Origin: Amoebidium appalachense
Taxonomy: Eukaryota > Protista > Ichthyosporea
Direction: 5' to 3'
Assembly (NCBI GenBank): GCA_963693365.1
Contig: CAVNZM010000002.1
Location: 1,364,001-1,428,000, forward strand
DNA: 64,000 nt
This document shows, one piece after another, positions 45,184 through 59,278 of this stretch. The position numbers were made by a program, and so were the translations under genes. The number at the start of each line of letters is the position of its first letter. Position 1 is the first letter of the stretch. The notes under the pieces were generated by a model, which saw only the letters and a list, made by a program, of their open reading frames with translations, had not been told where the DNA came from and made no database searches.

Positions 45184-46105
45184 ATCTTCTGCAACACGGG
45201 GAGAGCGAGGCCTGGGGTTGGAACGAACGAGCAATAAGGACCACACAAGATCCAGCACGCTATAAGGTGGCGTAACAAGTAACAGACCAAAGGGCGAGCG
45301 AGGCTCAAAGGAAAACACCTCTGCCATGGCCCATGGCACCAACAGAACGCCCGACAGGCTACAGCTCCCTGGGATGACATGGCGGTTGCTCCAAATGCAT
45401 AAGAGAGTGCCTGGGCAGTGGGCACAAGCCCAACGTGCACCTATATTTTTTATAAATAGAAATAAACATATAGCAAAGTATAGAAAATTTTATTCTGCCT
45501 TTAGCTTCTTTCTGTGACCTGTGCCCCATGTGTATCATAAGAACTTATCACATGTTCGTGTGTGAGCACTGAGCAGCCTGGTGGTTACGGTGAGCGCGCA
45601 CCTGGCGATAGCAAGGAACTGTGCGAGGGCTACGGTTACGTTCCCAAGATACTTTTTGAATTATTTTGGCGCGAATGTCTATGATTGGCTCAAGCCATTA
45701 ATACTTAAGAGCCATTGGATCACGTCTTGAGGAATGCAAATCCTACACAATAGCGAGATAAACGGTGTACAATGTATAGTACAAGTACTTGTAGAGTGAT
45801 ACAACAGGTATACATGTAATTGAGATAAATGTTTGCTTATTACATATATGTGTGAAAGGTTAGCATAAAAATCAATAAGAAACTCAAGTGAATATGGAGC
45901 AACGTGAGCATCTGTGCATATTCAATGCGTGTTACCATTGTGCCATCACCAACATTGATTTGCCCCACTCTCCTACCGTGGCTCAGGACTGTGAGTCTGT
46001 GACAAAAGGCAAACACAGGGATCTCCAATCTTTCAGAGTCTCACCTGCCAGTTTAGAGACACTCACACGCACCTTCCCTATCTCCTCCCTTTCTCGTTTT
46101 CAGTC

Positions 46106-46700
46106 ATGTTGTCTGTTCAGACTATTCGCCAGGTGGCTGCTGCGAGGCAGGCGCTTTGCCGCCTGCCGCCCGCCATTAGGTATGGCTCATTTTTCGTTTC
46201 TGGCCCTCCCCTTGAGCATCTTCACAAACACGTTAATGAACATGCCCGACGAGTTTATCCTGGCCGTCTTACTCGTGCACGTAACAACTCACTGTTCTTA
46301 AAAAGGTCCTATTATATCCATTATAGTTTTAAAGAATAAGAATGCTAATAATGACAAGAGTATATGTGATTGCCTTATCATTTGAGTTCATGTCGTTAAG
46401 GCAGTATGTTAAGTAACCACTTGTTTCCGGATCTCAAGTACGCACTTGTTTCTGGATCTTATCACATACGACTCCTGAAGAATACTTGTGCTGTCGTTCG
46501 TCATACACCAGAAGCCTCTTAATACATTTCCAAATTTTACAATCAGTGAAGCGTACTCATTAACACCTCTTGCTTTGCGGGCACCACTTCTCTGATCTGA
46601 TCTAGGTTCCATGTACTACTTCGTTTTTCGCCGGATGTTTTCCGCACACGCATGTTCAGGTTACTCGGGCATAGGCATAGGTGCATTTCACAACGGTTCA

Positions 46701-46737
<37 letters not shown>

Positions 46738-47954
46738 TCAGACTCTCTCACACACAATCACAGTAAACTTTTCCCATCACACGCACTATGTGATACATGC
46801 GCGTAACTCGATGTTGCTTCCACTATGGTCTTAACCTGTGCCTGACTCTTCCGTTGTCTTGTAGTGCCACAATGCAGCGCCGCATGAAGGCCACCGCCGT
46901 TGAGGAGGTGCCCTCTGATCTTGATCCGTTCGGTGCCCACGACCCTAGGTCTCTGCGCCGCTCACAGGACAAGCCGGCATTTGATGTGGCAAAGATGACG
47001 GCCCTTTTGGACCACGACAACCACGAGATGAGAAAGGAGTTCAGGAAGTTTGTCAGCGACCCAGGTGCGTGCAAGACTGTAGTAGCTGTGAGCGTAAGCT
47101 AAAGATGGGAAAGTGAGCATGTTGTTTCGAATACGTATCTGAGCTACCTGGGTGCTTGCTGGTTAATGGAATCTTTTTTGTAGCAGCACTACCGAAGTCG
47201 CATAGAAGAACGGAAAAATAATGGCCTGATTGAGTGGCAAGGAGGCTGGGTTTTTGTCTCTGGGTGTTTGGAGAGGGCGGGTACGATGTAATGATAACTT
47301 AAGGCACACAGGCAACTGACGATCTGTTACAGTTATGACCCCCAAATACAACATTTCCCTTGCTGAGGAGCGCGAGATAGCACTCAAGCGCCTGAAGCGC
47401 ATTTGTGATGCTGGGTTCATTTCCGTGCTTGACTTCAAGAACAACCCATGGCGCATCTTTGCTGCCCATGAGCTCGCAGCAGTGATTGACCCAGCCATGA
47501 CCACCAAGATGACTGTATGTTCGTCTTTTTCCCTTTCCTTCCCCCCCCCCTTCCCCCCCCCCCCCCCCCCCCCCCTCCCTTTTGGTGCAAGAAGTTGGTA
47601 GATGCACAAAGCTGGCTAACTTGGCATTTGCTGCCCGGAATACGGTTTGTTGCTTGAGATGTTTTCAGTTCTTGCAAAGGCACATGGACTCCCTGCTCTC
47701 TTATAAACATTATGCACGAAGCCCCTTTCCTTCCAAACCTTTCACTCTCACCATACACACCAACACACACAAGATAGCTACCACAACTTGCCTCCACTCC
47801 AATATTTAATCTTTATGATGGGCACATGTGTCGTTTCTCGCTCCTTTCCCTTCCTCCCCCCCCCCCCCCCTCCCCCCACTCCAATATTTAATCTTTATGA
47901 TGGGCATAGGTGTAATTTCTCACTCCTTTCCCTTCCCCCCCCCCCCCCCCCCCC

Positions 47955-47997
<43 letters not shown>

Positions 47998-48580
47998 ATT
48001 TAACCTGTTTGGTGGCACGGTTCTCAAGCTGGGCACGGACAAGCACCATGCGTGGCTGCTGAAGGGCATCGACACTCTTGATGATGTTGGGTGCTTTGGC
48101 CTCACTGAGCTCGGGTTTGGCAACAATGCCGTGGAGATGCAGACAACGGCCACATACGACAAGAAGACAAAAAAGTTTATCGTCAACACGGTGCGTGCTA
48201 GGGTTGGGGCGCTTGGGTGATTTGCAATGTGTGTGCAGAAATATAGGGGAGATTCGAAGGGGGGGAGGGATGGGTCGAGGCCGCCGGCGTGTGCTGGGAG
48301 GGGGGGGGGGGGGGGGGACGGGGGGGTTGGGCAGGCACCCTACGGGTTTAAAGCAAGAAGGGGGTTTTGGGGGAGGGGGGGGAGGGGGAGGGACGCAGGC
48401 AGGGAGGACAGAGCAAGCAGTAAAAGGGTCGGTGGCTAAGATCATCGTTTTAGTTCATCATACTGTTCCACTTCTATTTTCGTATTCTCAGCCCCACGCT
48501 CGTATATGTGCTAACGTCCTCCCCCCCCTTCCCCCCTTCGTGCCTCTCCAGCGCCTCCTCCCCGAACACACACACACACG

Positions 48581-48623
<43 letters not shown>

Positions 48624-49061
48624 CCCACTACGCTTGCACAGAAGTACTGGATCACCAACGGTGCCGTGCATGCCAAGCACTGTGTTGTGTTTGCGCAACT
48701 GCTGGTGGATGGGGTCAACCACGGCATCCACGGTGTCCTCGTGCCCATCAGAGACAACACCCTCAAGCCCCTCCCAGGTAATGTTGCAGGGCCCTTCTGG
48801 CGGTCATAGAGGGGGTGTAGGATGAAGGGGGGGAAAGGGTCATTAAGGGGCTCTTCTGGTATCCCGGGGGCCGGGGGGGGGGGGGGGGGGGAAGGGTTAC
48901 TGCATGAGTTTTATGTAGATGTTGGTTGTGTGCATGGGCTCAGGCAAGACCTGATGGGCCGTACTGGATTTGTTTCCACGCATTCTTGGTTTCTCACATC
49001 CATGCCTCTGAGATAGGGTTTTTACTGGCTGCAAGCCCTTGTGTCCCCCCCTCCACCCCCC

Positions 49062-49131
<70 letters not shown>

Positions 49132-49971
49132 GATCTGAATGCTTGCTTGTGCAGGGAAGACAGCTAGGCAAAACTACCACTCCACCCCTTCACTCCGTCG
49201 TTCCTACCCACCACCCCACCCTTCATCCCCCCAGTTTCAATGCTAACCGTGCTCCACGACCTGTGCAGGTGTGACTGTCGAGGACATGGGTGTGCGCATG
49301 GGCCTGAATGGTGTGGACAATGCCAAGCTGTCGTTCAACAACGTGCGTGTGCCCCGGGAGAACCTTCTGGACCGCTACAGCAGTGTGGCCGAGGATGGCT
49401 CCTTCACCACATCCATCAAGAGCAACCGCGCTAGATTCCTGACTGTTGCTGACCAGGTAACAAAGCCAGTCCCCCCCCCCCCCCCCCCCCCCCCCCCTCC
49501 CCCTTTTCCCTCCCCCTCCCCCCTCCCTCCTCCCCTCCATCCGGCACCCTCTCCCATGAGTTGGTGAGTTCTGTTGACGTGATGAATGGATCGAAAGTCG
49601 GGTATGGTGACTTGGGCCCCTTACCCCTGGGGATGGGCTCCGCTTATGATGCATATCGTCTTGTGTGTGCTTTGCATTCTGCTTTGGGCTGTTTGTCTTA
49701 AATCAATTGCTTCGTACTCCGTAATGTGTTCTAACCCCCTCCCGTTGTTTACCTTGTCTACGTACAACCCCGTGGGTGTATACCTATCCGTCCTATATAC
49801 CGGATAACCATGCCTTACTTGTCGTGGTTTATGCTTTTTGAGGTCCCCATGTTACGGTTCGGCTACAGATTGTGATGCCCCTCTAGGCCTATACGTCCAA
49901 CTTGCTAACATAGCCCCCCCTCACCCACCCCACCCCCGCGCCCTCTGTTACACAAAACACAACACCCGGAT

Positions 49972-50042
<71 letters not shown>

Positions 50043-50571
50043 CTGCTCAGTGGGCGCATCTGCATTGCCAGCATGTCCATGGGTGGGGCCAAGGCATCCC
50101 TGGCCATTGCCCTGCGCTATGCAGCCACCCGTCTGACGGTGGGGTCTAGCGGCAAATCAGACACGCCCATTCTTGCCTACCAGCTGCAGCAGAGGGCGCT
50201 CATGCCTCTCCTGGCCAGCACCTATGCCGTTGGCTTTGGCCTGGACTATGTCAAGGACAGGTGCGCCCTATACTCCTCATTGCCTGCTTCATCGTGGTAA
50301 CGTTGTTGGTTTGCTGCCTCTCCCTCTGTGCTCTGCGCTGTTTTGTAGCCTCTTCGTTTTACCCCCTCCCATCCCCCTTCCCCGGTTTCCCCTCCCCACC
50401 TTTCTCTTCGAGAAGGCACACACAGGTGCATGTGCACACACACACTCTTCCTCTCTTCCTTCCAACTCCCCCCCCCCCCCCCCTCGCTTCCCTTTCCCCC
50501 AACACACACACACACAACACACATGCATGTGTTTGAGCTTTTTTGGGTGTGTGTGTGGGGGAGGGGGGGGA

Positions 50572-50616
<45 letters not shown>

Positions 50617-50913
50617 CGATTTTTTCGCCTGCAGGGAATTTTTTTTTTGTAGTGGAGGCTTGCTGTATGCTGAAAGTAGTGTGTTGTTTCAGGTGGGCAC
50701 AGCAGAAGGCAGATGGCAGTGAGCATGCCGAGGTGGTGACGATGTGCTGTGTCATCAAGCCACTGGCCAGCTGGAACCTCGAGGAGACGGTCTCAGTGGC
50801 TAGGGAGAGGTGCGGCGGCCAGGGTAAGTAACTTCATTTTCTGTGCGTGAGGAGTGGGACAGGGTGGAAGAGGGGTGTAAGGGAGGGGTGTGTGTGTGCA
50901 TGGTGGTGGTGGT

Positions 50914-50945
<32 letters not shown>

Positions 50946-52783
50946 GCAGGAGGGTGGTGCATGCAAGTGTGTGTGTTTTTGGGCTAGAAAGGGTAAAGGG
51001 GATGGATTTAGCAAAGGATATATACTGTAGCTGTGTAGTGGTAAGGCATGTGTGGCATATAAGACAACACATTCTGTCTCTACAGTCATTTTCCAACACT
51101 GTTCGGGCCCATGCTATCTGTCGTTGAACTATTTGCAGCCACCACCCACACGTGCACATTTTCCCTCATATGTATCCCATCTTCCACCCTATTCCGCACG
51201 CTTCTATCCCCTTGTGACGCACATACCCCATGCAGGCTACCTGTCGTGCAACCGGTTCGGGTCGTTCATTGGTCTGGCCCATGCGGCCATGACTGCGGAG
51301 GGAGACAACAGCGTGCTGATGCAGAAGGTGGCTAAGGAGCGCCTGGCTGTCTTCAAGCCCACAAAGCTCCAAGGTGTGTGTGTGTGTTTTTGTTTTTTTT
51401 TTGGGGGGGGGGGGCAACACACGTGTGAGGGTGATTGTGGGACGGAGGGGGAGAGGGGGAAGACACCCCGAGGGGCTGTGTGTAATGTATGTGTGTGGGA
51501 GGGGGGTTTGTGTGTGGGCGAGGAATGTTTTTTTTTTTTTTTTTTTTTTGGGGGGGGGGGGGGGGAGCTGTGTGTGGGTGTGTGGGTGTGCACATGATGT
51601 CCTTGGCCCAATCATTGTTGAGCTGCATTTACTTTGTGCTTATATTGGGGTTTCTATGGGGTGGGAGAGAGGGTTTAAAGTAAAAAGAAAGAAGTGGTTG
51701 GGAGGAGGAGGAGGGGAGGGGATTTGGATGAAGTGGCCACACACCATCTTTGCATGCACTGTGTTCGTCTTTGCTGCGCTATTCTGTCATGGGACGAGAG
51801 TCTTTGTTTTCCGGCTGGTGTTTTGGTCACCAGTACTTCCGTATACCTCCGTTTGACAACATTTGCCCCCCACATCTACTCATCCTCCCTGCACGCACGC
51901 ACACACACACACGCATACACACATACACACACACACACACACACATACACACACACACACACAGCGCCTGCCGAGGACATCCGCAGCCTTGACTTCCTGC
52001 ACCACCTGATTGCCCAGCGAGAGCAGGTCATGTTCACAAACCTGGGCAAGAAGATGCATGCCGCAGGCAAGGACGGTATGCAATTGCACATTCCACACAA
52101 CACTCCCCACATTCCCCGTGTGTGCTCTTCGGCATTTGACATGTCTGGCCCTGCATTTCTGCAGCTGAGTTTTTCAGTCTGAACCTCAACCCACTTAAGC
52201 CCTTCTTTCCCTGCCTCTTGGTCAATCCTACCATTTCTACAGCATACTTTTGGCCATTTTCTACAATGCAGCTATCTTGAGCGCTCGGGTTTGAAGAAAT
52301 TGTGTTCTTTCAGTTTAGGTTATGGGTTGCCCACCTACAGTACGTATATATTCCACCACCCACTAAACCCGGCACTCCTAACGGCATACCACACTCAGTA
52401 TTCAACCACCACACCACGGTAGCAACAAAGCCGTAGTAGATTCTCAACCATTGTAGATGCAATGATATGCTCCCACACACTCACCTCCACTATTTGCACC
52501 GTGCAGGGCAGTTTGAGTGCTGGATGTACCATGAGAGTGACCTTGTGCAGGGGTCAGCACGGGCCTTTGGTGAGCGCCTGGTCAGTGAGCGCTTTGGCCA
52601 GGCAATTGCTGGCGCAGACCAGTCTCTCAAGCCCGTACTTAACCAGCTGAGGCAGCTATACCTGGTATATACTCCCACACCTAAGCACACACACACAGTC
52701 ACACGCGCACACGCACACATACACACACACCCACCCAGCTGGGTTGGCACCCATTTCCCCGCAATGATATCTTCTCTCATCCA

Positions 52784-52819
<36 letters not shown>

Positions 52820-53085
52820 CTGCACTCACATGCAAGGATTTTACTATGCTCTTTCCGTTGCTGCCCCACCCCTTCCCCTGTCTCAAATCATGAACCATGC
52901 CCTTCTTTTCGCTCTTTCTTCTCTGTTCCATGCGGCCCCCCCCCCCTCCCCTTCCTTGCATCACCAATCTGCCCATCCCATGCAAGACATTGTCACCACC
53001 TCCCTTAGGGAGAACCGCAGTTTTCTTGTACCCACCACCATTGTTTCCGATAAGAGAAACGGGACACAAGTACACGCAACTAACA

Positions 53086-53138
<53 letters not shown>

Positions 53139-53979
53139 ACACACACACACAGACCAACATTGTGGAGAAGAACCTCGGGTGGTTCCTGACGCAAGGTCTG
53201 GTAACCATGGAGACAGCCAAGGGGGTCAATGCTGCTGCAGCCGAGCTGTGCCGTGACGTGGCCGCACAGGCCCTGCCCCTCACTGATGCCTTTGCCCTCA
53301 CGGACGCCATGCTCTCGGCTCCTATTGCCCGCGACTGGTAATTGCCCTCCCCCCCCCCCCCCCCCCCCCCCCCAACTTTCTTCACACACAAATTAGAGAG
53401 ATTTGAATGGAAGACCCCCCCCTCCCCCCCCCCCCAAAAAAAAAGAAAAAAAATGAAAGAAAAAGAAAAAGAAGGGAAAAAAAAGGAAATAAATTGAGAG
53501 AAGGAAAGAAATCAACGAAACAGCCCACCGGTTAACTTATTAGCTGAGCAAGGTGGTTGGATGCATATGATTTTTACTTTTTTTTTTCTTTCTTTCTTTC
53601 TTTTTTTTTTGTTTTTGTTTTTGTACGTGGGTGGAAGGGTGTTTGTGGTGGGTGTGGGGTAGGGGTAGGGGGGGGAAGGGGGGGGGGGGGGGGAGAGGGG
53701 GGGGGGGGAAGCGGGAGGGGGGGGGGGGGGTCAAATGTTATGGATAAGGGAAGAAATGTTTGCGTGTTCGTGCTTCCCAGTGCAAAGCTGGTGTGTGTGT
53801 GTGTGTACTTTTAGGGGAGCTTGGTGGGATTGTGACATATATCGCATATGAGAGAGGGGTGTGGTAGTGGTGGCCTGTGGGTAAAGGGTGGGGCCATGTC
53901 TCTGATAATGTAAAACCAATGCAGGGTCGAGTACAACGCCCACGACAACTTTGGCGAGGTCGAAAAGATCAAGTACTAG
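46106..53979 (+). CDS. Acyl-CoA oxidase (ACOX3/ACOXL-like family), 13 exons
   Basis: Exons 46106-46179, 46865-47064, 47333-47514, 47993-48190, 48624-48777, 49269-49456, 50043-50260, 50693-50823, 51236-51373, 51965-52075, 52507-52664, 53153-53337, 53925-53979. Motifs: [96 protein letters not shown] (catalytic Glu), ALPLTDAF. Confidence 0.92.
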
Positions 53980-54610
53980 CCAGCCAACCGGGTGCTTCCG
54001 TTAAACTTAAACAAGCCAATCGACACAACCGCTGAATGTATTTAGGTTGAAAGATCCTATGGCAAAGGATGGGCACGAGAAACACGAATGGCAATATGCC
54101 ACTGGCATGATAGGAAGTGGTGCTGTGCACTATATCAAATATGAATGTATACTATTGTGTGTAAAAAGGAGTGTAAGCAGTAAACTTTAACGGGTGTGTG
54201 TGCAACAGTAAACATCTGGGTGTGTGCGTGTGTGTGTGCTCAGGTCGACGTCTTTTGAATCACATGGGGTAAAATCATAGTGGATTCCCACCTTGAGTTG
54301 TGGTTCATAGGACGGAAGGCCAGAGTAAAGGGAGATTGCTTATATGTAACGCCAATAAAAGTATATTTTAAAATTAAGATTTAAACACAAAAATAAAAAC
54401 GTAAACCCATAAACACGACCATTGTGTGTCTGGGCCCCTATCTAAGGGTCTGCTGCCCTCCCAACCCCTCGCTATAGAGCTATGGGGTGCCAGCCCCTGT
54501 GTCGTTTGGGGTTCGAATGGTCACCTCTGACTACAGATCATCGAATTGTGCTTGGTCCAATACGGTGCGGGAGACTTAGGTCATATGTAGATCCCTCCCC
54601 CCCCTCCCCC

Positions 54611-54641
<31 letters not shown>

Positions 54642-54927
54642 AAAAAAAAAAAAAAAAACATGCGCGCGCACCGTGACACAGACACACACATGCGCAAACA
54701 CATTGCACACACACGCGCGCACACACATGCACACACGCGCACATACATATGAACATGCGTGTGCACGCACACACATACACACAGACGCGCACACACATGC
54801 GCCAACATGTGTGCACGTACACACGCACATTACAAGGGCACACACATGTACACACGTGCCAACATATGCATGCACACGCACACACACACACGCACACGCG
54901 CGCGCACATGCACACAGATACGCGCGT

Positions 54928-54989
<62 letters not shown>

Positions 54990-55157
54990 ACACACGCGCG
55001 CACGGTCAGGGGATAGAATAGACGGTTCAAGAAACCGAGAAACAAAAGTGTGTGGGCTGAAACCAGGTTAACCACCTCTACTGCACCTTTCGGCCTATCA
55101 CTTGGCAGAAATTCTCTTATAATCCCAATGCTGCAGCGCATCCCTTAGGCGATAGCC

Positions 55158-55191
<34 letters not shown>

Positions 55192-56444
55192 AGTATTTAC
55201 GGGCTCTGCTTGAAATGCGTACTATTACTCCTGTGTGTTTCATGCAAAATGTGTAAAAATTAAGTATGGTCACACTGGGGAGGTGTCGCAAGAAATTTTT
55301 GCACTGGGAAGGTTTTACACTAGACCGTCTCCCTACTATCATAGAAAAAGGCTACCTGCCCTTGTTCGAAATCGAGTTCTGTCTCTGTTCTGTTTTTCTG
55401 AATACTTTACGCCCTCTTCAGGTGCTTATGTGTTTCTCTGTAGGATTTCAGCTTTATGCTGGATATCTTCACTAAGTCGACTCCAACTTCCAAATGCATT
55501 ATCCCATTATCCCCCTCCCCCCCCCCTCCCCCCCCCCCCCCCCCCCCCCCCCCCCCGCCGCCGTTCCTCAGTAACGAGGTTTAGGGGGACATAAACCGAC
55601 TTTCTTTGGCTACCCAAAATTGTTATATAAACTCAACAAAAACACAGCCACTAGGAACATGTAATTCATATTTTAAATGCTAACATTACCAATGAGCACA
55701 AAAACACCTAGTGAAAACCCAATTGGCACAACAATCCTATTATTCCATCAACCTCCAGTGCAAGAATTCCCCGGTGCAAGAATTTCCTGTGGCAGGGCGG
55801 AAGGGGGGGGGGGGGGGGGGGGGGGGGGACGAGGGCAAGAAAAAGGTTTTTTTACCGGTGCTGAATCTACATCAACAAGCTGTCAGGTGCAGCATCACAG
55901 ATACACAGCTGGTTACTCGAAACCGTATACAGGTATTTTTTTTACTGCTGATTATCATTCACACAGTCATAACTAGCCTGTGCTGATATATGCTACTTGG
56001 TGCAACATACATTATGCGAGCGACAGTAGTCTCTGGCATTTGACAAATCCCCTGCTCTCTCAATACATACCCGATTGCGAATACATCTATATTGAGTGCA
56101 AAAAACCTACCCGACGTCGTGAAACCGTCGTGTGAAATTGCATAACAACTTCAATTGAACTATAGCAGGACACATTATCAACTTTACCAATTATTCAATA
56201 GCACTATTTTATGAACAACTTGGGCTGAGCAAATGTTGTGTGCGTAAGCAGCGAGAAAAGCAGTAAATGGAAACTTTGATAGAGCTTCAAGGGTTGACCT
56301 ACAAACCAGTGGGGTTAACTGTTGCATGCACCTTTTCGGGCAAATTTATGCCAACCGCAAAGAGAAAATATGCATTTAAAAGATATATGTTCGAATGCTA
56401 TAAGTATTATTATATAAATATGCCTTACATCGTGCCAGACCTAG

Positions 56445-57485
56445 TCATCTCTTGATCTTGTGGTTAGTGAAATTCCACGAGCACCCATCAGCAACCGTGA
56501 TCATCACCACTGTGTTGGACTTGATGCCAGGCCCCAACATGCGGTATGCCTTATACAGTTGCACCGCCGTATGCCGGGAGTCCGCCCACACGTGTAGTAT
56601 CTGCTTCTCCCACCTCTGCACACACGTACACGATGAGTTGATAACCCCTTGAAGCTTTTTGCTAAGCAGCCGGTGTGCGTCTGCGACTGTGTAAAACCCA
56701 TGCCCGTTCTTCTTGTGAAAATACATTGCGCGCGTAACCGAAACAGCGACCGTAAAACCGAAAATGCGAATGGTGTAGTCTGTCATAGAACCACCCGTGG
56801 GGAAGTATTGGATCTCCATCTCCGTCTGCAGTAACGTTGCACCAAAACACTTCTGGAAAAACTCGAAAGACATAACCTCAGACAGAAGAGAGTTTCCCCC
56901 AGCGTTTGGCAGAGAGTACATAAGCTTTGCACCAGAGGAAAGTCGAGGGTAAACAGCGGGAAACGACAGGTCGAAGGTGGTAAATGCGGAATAGACAACG
57001 CGTGAGGTCACGCTATCAGCCAATGCAGCCATCATTGTGGTGTTTGCCTTGCGTGCAAACTTTGCAGTGAAGGTCGTGCTGAACACGGCAACCACCGCCC
57101 GTCTCTTTCCTTGCTGCTTCACCCCGTGCACGCGACCATGATTTCCGTCTACCTTGCACTTTTCTGTGTGCTTGGCGGATGCACACTGCGTGGAAGGTGG
57201 TCTGTGTGACGTGAACACAGTATGTGGAGTTTTGGTAACGCCCATAGCACCCAGAGCAGGCTCTGCGGGGGGCAGCGGCAATTTCGCTGCCGCCGCCCTC
57301 CTTGCCCGCCAGCAGGCTGGGACTGGTGCTACTACTGCATGAATCGGAAAAGACGCCTGGGGAGGGCAAGGAATCAACCCCACCACTCCCCAAACATGGT
57401 TTTGCTGTGTGCATGTCAGTTGTGTGAGTGTGGCCTGTGTTTTGGTAATGTACGGTAAAGGGGGTGTCTTGGCATGGCGGGACAC
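56445..57485 (-). CDS. AAC4-like protein (Dictyostelium 'AAC-rich mRNA clone AAC4' family), intronless ORF; true start probably 57245 (MGVTK) or further downstream
   Basis: Long, microsatellite-free ORF with family-like motifs LSSGAKLM..PNAGGNSLLSEVMSFE, LLQTEMEIQYFPTGGSMTDY, VAVSVTRAM, LLSKKLQGVINS, WEKQILHVW, NTVVMITV. The ORF-track start at 57485 is GTG, so not a likely eukaryotic start. Confidence 0.8.
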   Translation of the reverse strand: MSRHAKTPPLPYITKTQATLTQLTCTQQNHVWGVVGLIPCPPQASFPIHAVVAPVPACWRARRAAAAKLPLPPAEPALGAMGVTKTPHTVFTSHRPPSTQCASAKHTEKCKVDGNHGRVHGVKQQGKRRAVVAVFSTTFTAKFARKANTTMMAALADSVTSRVVYSAFTTFDLSFPAVYPRLSSGAKLMYSLPNAGGNSLLSEVMSFEFFQKCFGATLLQTEMEIQYFPTGGSMTDYTIRIFGFTVAVSVTRAMYFHKKNGHGFYTVADAHRLLSKKLQGVINSSCTCVQRWEKQILHVWADSRHTAVQLYKAYRMLGPGIKSNTVVMITVADGCSWNFTNHKIKR

Positions 57486-58897
57486 GTGCCCCTCTATTCA
57501 TGTGTGCACCGTGGTGGGTGTGGTTTTTAGGTGTGCGTGTGCGGCCACCATGTGCATCCGTGCGCGTGCGGGCCGCTTTTTGGCACGATGTTGCTGCGTG
57601 TGTACCCATTTTTAGGGTGTGTTAGGCCTGAGCAGGAAATATTGTTTCAGGGCAGAACAGCATGCGCAACGTACACCGGTGTTTCAGTTAGTGTGAGGTA
57701 CTTTTGACACAGATGAGCCTCGGAGTATACTATCCCAAGTAAGCTTTTAGTTGGATTTAGCGGGCATGTTGTGATTCTGGTACTGACATTCGCGTGAACG
57801 ATGTGTTCGTGATGTTCACTGTGCAGAACTTGACCAAACACTGCAGACGTTTGGCAAAGACTTTAACTGCAGTGCAGTGGGGCGGGCGTCTGAGTCAGTC
57901 CGATTCTGTGGCTTTACGTAAATCACAAAGCAACCAATCACTGCGTGAGCCATCTTGGATACAAAGCTTTTGATTGGATGCTTCGAGGTTTACGTAATTT
58001 CCGAATCAACATTCGGCCGCAGTGCACAGTGCACTCCCTTGTTGCTGTCGTGGTTGTAGAGTGCCATATATACGCTGAGTGTGGGTGCCACCGGGTGTCC
58101 GGGCAGATAAACCTTCGGGTTCGAGTGTTGCACGGGCCGGGCTGCGTGGCCAGAGGCCAGCTGTCACTGCTGTGTCGGGTCCACAAGAAAGTTTTTTGTT
58201 CTTGCTTTGTGTGTGTGTGACATAGAGAAGCATGACGGGTGAGGGGTGGGGATGGGATTGGGTGGCCAGTGGGGGTTGGGGAGGAAGGGGGGAGAGGAGG
58301 GGGGATTGGGGAGGGGGGGGGGGGGGGGGGGGGGGGGGGAGGGGAGGGGGGGGGTTTGGTTCACGGCGTGCACACACATACAATCAATGCCCGCCACAAA
58401 TTACGCCATGGCAAGAGCATCCAGCCGCCATGAACAGATCAGATCGATTACAGTGGACTCAGCGGCTATTTTATCAGCACGCCGCATGCTCATACCCTCG
58501 GGGACTGTTCCAATGTATTTATCTGTAATTCTAAAATTTTCGCTTTTTCACATAAACATATCTTTCCAGTCATGCCTGAATTAAGCAACTGTCACCTTCA
58601 AGAATATACAAACATACAACAGTCTTGCTAGCATTCAAACTCGAATAAGGAGAATAGATGTGCGAATTTCTTAAAAAGAAGGGTGCCGAACTTGCACACA
58701 AGTGTATTCTAATATCAAATTCAACCAAAATCGTGCCCCCAACCTCCAACCTAAGTATGCACCCTGAGCAACATATTTTCTTGCACATACAATAGTCATA
58801 CGTATTCGGCTGCCAGCCAAAAGGCTCATCGAAACATGCATTACGTACCGTAGGAATCAACAAGTGGGACTTTCGTGGCTGACATTGATTGCATCGA

Positions 58898-58898
<1 letters not shown>

Positions 58899-58992
<94 letters not shown>

Positions 58993-59127
58993 ACCCCCAC
59001 CACCACCGCAAAAAACCAACCAAAAAAAAAAAAAAAAAAAGAAAGAAAGAAAGGGAAAAAAAGAAGAAAAAAAAAAAAAAAAAAAAAAAAAAGGAAGAAA
59101 GAAAGAAAAAAAGAAAAGAACAGGAAA
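58899..59127. repeat. About 94-nt poly-C tract followed by an A-rich tract
   Basis: Uninterrupted C run 58899-58992, then poly-A/GAAA to about 59127, downstream of the TVP38-like stop codon. Confidence 0.9.
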
Positions 59128-59172
59128 AAACGTCTAGTTACAGACGTCAGATGGTTAGCCGATCAAAAATAA

Positions 59173-59211
59173 TCAGCGGAAGTCAGAAAGGAGGGAGCTG
59201 TGACTGGGCAC

Positions 59212-59278
<67 letters not shown>

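Noticed and set aside
47794-47910. Local duplication CCACTCCAATATTTAATCTTTATGATGGGCA x2 (also a similar small duplication at 33488-33539)
   Set aside because: Ordinary slippage duplications with no sign of function.
55068-55583. piggyBac-like MITE (TTAACCACCTCTACTG ... CAGTAACGAGGTTTA)
   Set aside because: The termini are too degenerate and there is no intact TTAA on the right.
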